Below the pieces are notes generated by a model. That model made no database searches and was not told the origin of the DNA. It was given only the letters and a program-made list of their open reading frames with translations. Shown here in pieces: positions 58,560 through 64,000 of a DNA stretch of 64,000 nt (its first letter is position 1; each line of letters begins with the position of its first letter). The stretch lies in contig OZ242320.1 in assembly GCA_965208125.1 (NCBI GenBank), positions 576,001 through 640,000 of the forward strand. The letters are read 5' to 3'. Position numbers and translations under genes: made by a program. The stretch comes from Candidatus Latescibacterota bacterium. GTDB lineage: Bacteria > Latescibacterota > UBA2968.

Positions 58560-61315
58560 AATTCACGCCCCCCCAATCCTCGCAACAAATCGCGCGCCTG
58601 CACATTGCCCGGCTCGCGCGCAATCACACGCCGCAAAACCGCAATCGCACTATCTCGCTGCCCGCTTATGGCATAAGCCTGTCCCATAAAAAACTCCAAC
58701 CCCTGCGCTTCTGGCTCCAGCACCCACGCCTGCCGATACACAGACAGCGCACCTTCTAAATCGCCGCGCTCCTGTAAAACCGTACCCAACACCGTAAGCG
58801 CGGGCACATAAAAAGGATCGACAATCAATGCATCCAGCAGGTGGGATTCCGCTGCCTCCAAATCGCCCAGATCAGCGCGAATAAGCCCCTGCATCGCATA
58901 CACATCAGCGCGATTGGCATGATATTTTTTCGCAACCTCAAAATGCGGCAACGCATCTGCGAGCGCGCCCTGCACATAGACGCGGTGCCCAGCGGCAAAA
59001 GCCGAATCCGACTTTGCAATCATCACATCCCGCGCCCGCCCGCTCAACCCAAATAATCCCGTACCCGCATCCTCCATTTCCAACGCCCTGCGGTATGCCG
59101 CGCGTGCCAATGCCCAATCGCCCGACAGCGCGTGTACAGTCCCTTTTTCCACCCAATCGCCTATCGGCATCTCATCCCAGTCATAATCATCTCGCACCTC
59201 GCCATCCCCAGCCGAAAACGCCAACAACGCGAGTTGTCGAATCGCCGGTTTGTATCCCGGCGCAACCGCAAGTGCGCGGCGATAGGCTTCAATAGCACCT
59301 GCGCGATCCCCACTGCCCCATCGCGCATTGCCCACAGCAGTATGCAAAACGGGCGAACCATCGCGCACATCGTCAAAAGTGGCATCTGCATAGCGCCCGT
59401 GGTGCAATAGCAATGCACCTGTGCGCAACCGGGAAATCAAATCGCTCTTTCCATTCAGCAACTCCCTCATCACCTCAAAACGCTTCTGTTTTCCCTCCAA
59501 TCGCGCCAGATCTGTCGCGGTCTCCGGATGCCGGGGGTCTAACTTTGCCACAATCTCAAATTCTCGCCTCGCATCTTCAAAAAATCCCTGTGCCTCATAC
59601 ACCTGTCCCAAACTCTCGTGAAAGCCCGGATCGTCGCCCTGCACGCCATACACCACATCGCGATGCTCCTCAAGCGCCTTGCGAAACGCATCGCCCACGG
59701 CAGAACCATCTGGCAAATAGCCAATATCCATCAGCGCGAACGGCGCTTGCACCCGCACAATACGCGCCGAATCGGACAACGCATCCAAAAGCGCGGGCAA
59801 ACCGCGCACATCGCCCAAACGCCCCAGCGAAATCGCCGCTTTCATCCGCACCATCGCATGTGAATCACCCATCGCCTCAACCAGCGCTGGCACCGCACGC
59901 GCATCCCCCAAACCGCCCAGCAAAGACGCAGCCGTTGCGCGCCACACCGCACTCTCGCGCCCATCGTTTACCAGCTTCATCAGCGACGTTGCACCACCGC
60001 CCTTTTGCCCATCGGCAATCGCCGTTGTACGCGCCACAATCTCGTCCTGATAATCGCCATACCACTGCTTTGCCCACGACGAAGCCCACTGCGGGGACTT
60101 ATCGCCGTGACACTGATTGCACGCATTGGGCACGCCATTGACCACCGTATTTTCCGGCGCAGGAGACGCAATGCGGTGATCCGTCAGATTTTCCCCCGTC
60201 ACATAGTGATACGGCATGTGACATTGCACGCATTGATTGCCCACACTGCCCGCGCGGTGATGCCCATGCGCGACCGGATCGGCTGCGATATCACCATGAC
60301 ACGTCTCGCACAGCTCCACGCCATTTCGATCCGCCACCAGATCGACATCGCGCGCTGTTCCGTGCGCATCGTGACACGTCGTACACGTCAACTCGCCCTG
60401 GATATAACACGCACTCATCAAATGCAATGCCGCGGGATACAAATAAACTCGGGGCTGTCCATCGGGATAGAAGATCGCCGCGTCATCTGGCAACACAAGA
60501 GAATAATAATCGTAAAAATTCTCCCCCGGCAAATACCCGGTTGCCACAATCTCCTTGGCAGCATGGCACTGTGCACACACCTCAACAGACCGCTCCTTAT
60601 CCAGCGTCCGCAATGCCAACAAATGCAGTGGTGCACCGACCTGCCCGCGCGTCTCATCGTGTTTGCCCGACGGCCCATGGCACGCCTCGCAATCAATACT
60701 CAGACTCCCCACAGTTGTGCGATAAGTATGGGTAGGCACATCGTAATGCTTTTGCACCCGGCTGGCATGGCAATCAAAACAGTGAAAATTCCAGGTGCGC
60801 CCCGCATTCGTCCAATAATAATAATCTTCTCTCGCCAGAGGCCGCGACTGTTCCACCACACCTCCTTCTTGTGCATCGACCCAATCATTTGTCGCACCAT
60901 CGTGATACAGGGGCAACACCTGCCATCGCCCATCGGGAAAAGCCGTCAAATAAGCCTGATGCTGTCGCTTGCCAATCGCGTAATCCACGCGATATGTCCC
61001 CACTCGCCCATCCTCATCCTCAGTCTCCATATAATACGCACCACCCCTGCGCAACATACGCGAACGCACCCCGCCATACACATGGGACACATTGTCAAAA
61101 TCGCCCACAATCGTCGAATCACCCGGCACAGTCATAGCGACACTGTGCAAACTCTGTCGCCACTCGGCATACTTATCGGTATGGCAGATCGCGCACCGTT
61201 CCAACCCCGTAAACCCCGGCTCAGAAGCACGCACCAAATTCGGCACCTCGCGTTCTCGACTGCACGACGCGAATACCAGAATCATCCATAAAATGTGAAA
61301 TTTTCCGCACCGCAT
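58556..61315 (-). CDS. Octaheme cytochrome c fused to HEAT and TPR repeats (probable lipoprotein)
   Basis: Lipobox-like FASC; 8 CxxCH; HEAT repeats (LGDARAVPAL, LGDVRGLPAL); C-terminal TPRs. Confidence 0.88.
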   Translation of the reverse strand: MRCGKFHILWMILVFASCSREREVPNLVRASEPGFTGLERCAICHTDKYAEWRQSLHSVAMTVPGDSTIVGDFDNVSHVYGGVRSRMLRRGGAYYMETEDEDGRVGTYRVDYAIGKRQHQAYLTAFPDGRWQVLPLYHDGATNDWVDAQEGGVVEQSRPLAREDYYYWTNAGRTWNFHCFDCHASRVQKHYDVPTHTYRTTVGSLSIDCEACHGPSGKHDETRGQVGAPLHLLALRTLDKERSVEVCAQCHAAKEIVATGYLPGENFYDYYSLVLPDDAAIFYPDGQPRVYLYPAALHLMSACYIQGELTCTTCHDAHGTARDVDLVADRNGVELCETCHGDIAADPVAHGHHRAGSVGNQCVQCHMPYHYVTGENLTDHRIASPAPENTVVNGVPNACNQCHGDKSPQWASSWAKQWYGDYQDEIVARTTAIADGQKGGGATSLMKLVNDGRESAVWRATAASLLGGLGDARAVPALVEAMGDSHAMVRMKAAISLGRLGDVRGLPALLDALSDSARIVRVQAPFALMDIGYLPDGSAVGDAFRKALEEHRDVVYGVQGDDPGFHESLGQVYEAQGFFEDARREFEIVAKLDPRHPETATDLARLEGKQKRFEVMRELLNGKSDLISRLRTGALLLHHGRYADATFDDVRDGSPVLHTAVGNARWGSGDRAGAIEAYRRALAVAPGYKPAIRQLALLAFSAGDGEVRDDYDWDEMPIGDWVEKGTVHALSGDWALARAAYRRALEMEDAGTGLFGLSGRARDVMIAKSDSAFAAGHRVYVQGALADALPHFEVAKKYHANRADVYAMQGLIRADLGDLEAAESHLLDALIVDPFYVPALTVLGTVLQERGDLEGALSVYRQAWVLEPEAQGLEFFMGQAYAISGQRDSAIAVLRRVIAREPGNVQARDLLRGLGGREL

Positions 61316-61408
61316 AACATGTCCTGTTAATGCGCTAATTAAAATATACAAACCGTCATCCCTACAAGAGCAACGGCCACCAATGCGATGACAATAGCAG
61401 TGTCGCGA

Positions 61409-62278
61409 CTAACGCGCCTGAACCTCTCCCCTCGCACACCGAAACCCAATGTGGGCAAATATTTCATAGGTATCAAAATCGTCGCGCGACATAGCCTGTT
61501 CTTCCATAATTAAAACCGTACTCCGCACAAATACGCGGATACTGGGTTGTGGTGAAAACCAGCTCCCGCCGCGCAACGTGCGATCTGGCCCATCTTCCAT
61601 ACCTGAATTTTGCAAATTCACCGGATTGTGCCTGGGACTATTTGCGTAATACGTATGCTGATATTCATCCCGCGTCCACTCCCACACATTACCCGCCATA
61701 TCCATCGCGCCATAAGGACTTGCACCATCCGGATAGCTACCCACAGGCATGGGACCCGAAATAGAATTGAAATTGCACAGCGATGTATTCGCAGGCTCAT
61801 TGCCCCAGGGGAACACGCGCCCATCCGTGCCTGCAGCGGCCAACTCCCATTGCGCTTCGCTCGGCAATTGCAAACCCGCCCACTGACAATAATCCCGCGC
61901 CTGAGACCACAAAACTCCCACCGCTGGCTGACTGGGTTGGTCAAATCCCTCTACTCGAAAGTACTGCGGAGGTTCACTTCCCGTGGCCTCCACATAAGCC
62001 AAATACTGCGCATTGGTCACCTCGTATTTATCGATATAAAATGCGTCGAGCATCACCTCGTGTGGCGGGCGCTCATTGGTAGGGCCATCGCTCGAACCCA
62101 TCGTAAAGGTGCTGACCGGAACAAAAACTTGCACATGCTCTGTGCCCGCAGGCGTGGTCACAACAGATTCTTCAATCACATATTCTGGATCCGTCACTTT
62201 GCCACAAGCCATGGTCAATACAAGTCCCAAAACGCCGAATCGATAAATCGTTTTTGGTATCATGACGTACCCCATCAT
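61409..62278 (-). CDS. FGE-sulfatase (SUMF1/EgtB/PvdO) domain lipoprotein
   Basis: Lipobox LTMAC; FTMGS, YEVTN.QY, LPSEAQWE.AA, DMAGNVWEW, RGGSW, GFRC; ATGA overlap with YcaO-family gene. Confidence 0.9.
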   Translation of the reverse strand: MMGYVMIPKTIYRFGVLGLVLTMACGKVTDPEYVIEESVVTTPAGTEHVQVFVPVSTFTMGSSDGPTNERPPHEVMLDAFYIDKYEVTNAQYLAYVEATGSEPPQYFRVEGFDQPSQPAVGVLWSQARDYCQWAGLQLPSEAQWELAAAGTDGRVFPWGNEPANTSLCNFNSISGPMPVGSYPDGASPYGAMDMAGNVWEWTRDEYQHTYYANSPRHNPVNLQNSGMEDGPDRTLRGGSWFSPQPSIRVFVRSTVLIMEEQAMSRDDFDTYEIFAHIGFRCARGEVQAR

Positions 62279-63285
62279 GTCCAAACAATATAATTGCCCG
62301 AATCCACCATAATGCGATGCACATACGTCTCGATCATCGCGTGGTTCCGCTCGTATTCTGAAGTCTTTAAACTGAAAGGCCGCAACACTGGAATTTGCAT
62401 CTCTGGATCTGTCCAATCTTGCACATAGACCGAAGAATTCATGCCGCTCAACACCACCTGAATATCGGTTATCAAATCATCCGTAAAATGATTGGGCAAA
62501 TCCCACAGCGCAATCTCGGCATTAAAAATCTGCAAATCAGATACAAACCGCGTCTTGTGACTCTGAACAGTCTCATTAAACGCCCGCTGCAACGCCACGC
62601 GCCCATCCAAATGCGTACACGTACGCACCAGAGGTCCCAAATCTTTGGGACACACCACCGCGTGAACCGTCGTCACCTTCTCATTCTCCCCCGGCACGGC
62701 CACAGCCAGCATCTTCTCTGCGACGCGAGGAGCAAAATCCGTCAAATTTGGATCGATAAATTGCCGGTGTTCCAATCCGGGCCAGTAAAAATGCCTCCCC
62801 ACATCCAGATGCTCGTGCATCTCCAACAAACCGTGAAACACGCACTCCAGCACAGTATTGCCCGCCGAAACGCCATTTGCCGAATCATTCAAATGCGGCA
62901 CATCCGACGCCTTCATATCGGTCGGCACGAGTTCGACATCAGAAGTCAACTCATAAATCGGAGTCTCTCGCCCGCTCGCCAGCGCGTCAAAAAACGAAAT
63001 GCGCTCGACCGCCTCTGCCATTGCCCCTGCCAGCACCTGCTGTTTGGAAAGCCCTTTGCCCATCGTGCGAAGCGCAATACCCTCCATCAGCGGCCCTTCG
63101 TATTTGCGAAACAGCGCCGACTGCACGTAATCCGTATAACAATCGGCAATCCACACCGTATTGTAAAACCGCCGCGCGCGCGTTTGAAATCGGCACTTTT
63201 TGGACAGCGCCTCCCCAAACCGCACAATGGTCTCCTCAAACGGAACCGTGCGATCGGCAATAACGATATGATGCGACTCACTCAT
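62275..63285 (-). CDS. YcaO-family protein (compact, 336 aa)
   Basis: GKG..Q..A.A..EAVER, SANGVSAGNT..E...HGLLE..E, RAFNE, IPVLR motifs. Confidence 0.85.
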   Translation of the reverse strand: MSESHHIVIADRTVPFEETIVRFGEALSKKCRFQTRARRFYNTVWIADCYTDYVQSALFRKYEGPLMEGIALRTMGKGLSKQQVLAGAMAEAVERISFFDALASGRETPIYELTSDVELVPTDMKASDVPHLNDSANGVSAGNTVLECVFHGLLEMHEHLDVGRHFYWPGLEHRQFIDPNLTDFAPRVAEKMLAVAVPGENEKVTTVHAVVCPKDLGPLVRTCTHLDGRVALQRAFNETVQSHKTRFVSDLQIFNAEIALWDLPNHFTDDLITDIQVVLSGMNSSVYVQDWTDPEMQIPVLRPFSLKTSEYERNHAMIETYVHRIMVDSGNYIVWT

Positions 63286-64000
63286 TGCGCCCGTGCCCGA
63301 TTCATATCTTCAACCGCCTCGGCAAATCGTCCCATTTGCCGAAACGTCTCCGCGCGAAGTTCTCGCGCCCATCCATTTTCGGGATCGAGATCCAACGCCC
63401 GCGTAAAATCTGAAACCGCTGCCTCAAACTGCCCCAGCATCCGTCGGGACTCCCCGCGATTTGCCCAAACCCACGCGTCTCCGCCATCCAGCATCACCGC
63501 CCGATCAAAATCGACCAGCGACGCCTCGGGATCATTTTCCATCCGCAACGCAACGCCTCGCCCCATAAGCGCCCACAAATGATCGGGAAAAATCTCCAGC
63601 GCCTGTGTAAAATCGCGTATTGCTTCGGCACTTCGCCCCAATTGCCGCAACATATCACCCCGCGCGGCCAACAAATCCGGGTCGTCAGGTACGATAACGA
63701 GTGCGCGGTCAAAATCCAAAAGCGCGGCCTCCAATTGATCGCACTCTCGCAGCACCTCGCCCCGTCCGATCAACGCGCCCAGATGATCGGGCATCGCCTT
63801 CAGCGCCTCCCCAAACATCTCCATCGCGGCCTCAGCCTCACCAGCCTGTCGATAGACCTCCGCCCGTCCGGCAAACGCATCTGGATGCCCATTGCCCACA
63901 GCAATCGCCCGGTCAAAATCGCTCGCCGCCGCATCGCACTGCCCCAACTGCAACAACACGTGCCCGCGGCTGATCAGCGCGCCGAAATAATCTGCATCCA
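63282..64000 (-). CDS. TPR-repeat protein (5' end outside window)
   Basis: Regular 34-aa repeats (RG...R.LG..E.A..DF.RAL..P); frame open to the window edge; ATGA overlap with YcaO-family gene. Confidence 0.9.
   Translation of the reverse strand, partial: DADYFGALISRGHVLLQLGQCDAAASDFDRAIAVGNGHPDAFAGRAEVYRQAGEAEAAMEMFGEALKAMPDHLGALIGRGEVLRECDQLEAALLDFDRALVIVPDDPDLLAARGDMLRQLGRSAEAIRDFTQALEIFPDHLWALMGRGVALRMENDPEASLVDFDRAVMLDGGDAWVWANRGESRRMLGQFEAAVSDFTRALDLDPENGWARELRAETFRQMGRFAEAVEDMNRARAQ

Noticed and set aside
61409-61560. DGR variable region in the FGE/CLec-fold gene
   Set aside because: No template repeat or reverse transcriptase seen in the window.

Overview
Gene-dense bacterial window, mostly on the - strand. 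A PorV-like barrel, a T9SS-CTD-like protein, carboxypeptidase-regulatory-domain TonB receptors, sulfatases and PhyH suggest an FCB-group organism, possibly Latescibacterota/Gemmatimonadota-like; this is inference only. In order: a partial ankyrin gene, methyltransferase and glutamine-synthetase-family gene; a candidate inositol-lipid synthesis/export cluster (flippase-like, TolC, IPCT/DIPPS-like, MlaC, MMPL, duplicated membrane protein, GMC oxidoreductase) with a sigma54-like promoter; an iolD/metallohydrolase/sulfatase run; a TonB receptor; an orphan hicB missed by the ORF track; infA with a long tail followed by an ~89-nt hairpin; catabolic and ABC genes; a DUF6883/DUF4926-like pair; a sugar isomerase/uxuA operon; an OMP-TonB receptor-CTD cargo-PorV cassette with structured leaders; and at the right edge a TPR-YcaO-FGE-like lipoprotein run followed by two octaheme cytochromes (one HAO-like). 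No rRNA, tRNA, CRISPR array or transposase was recognised. All calls come from motif recognition by eye, with no database searches.
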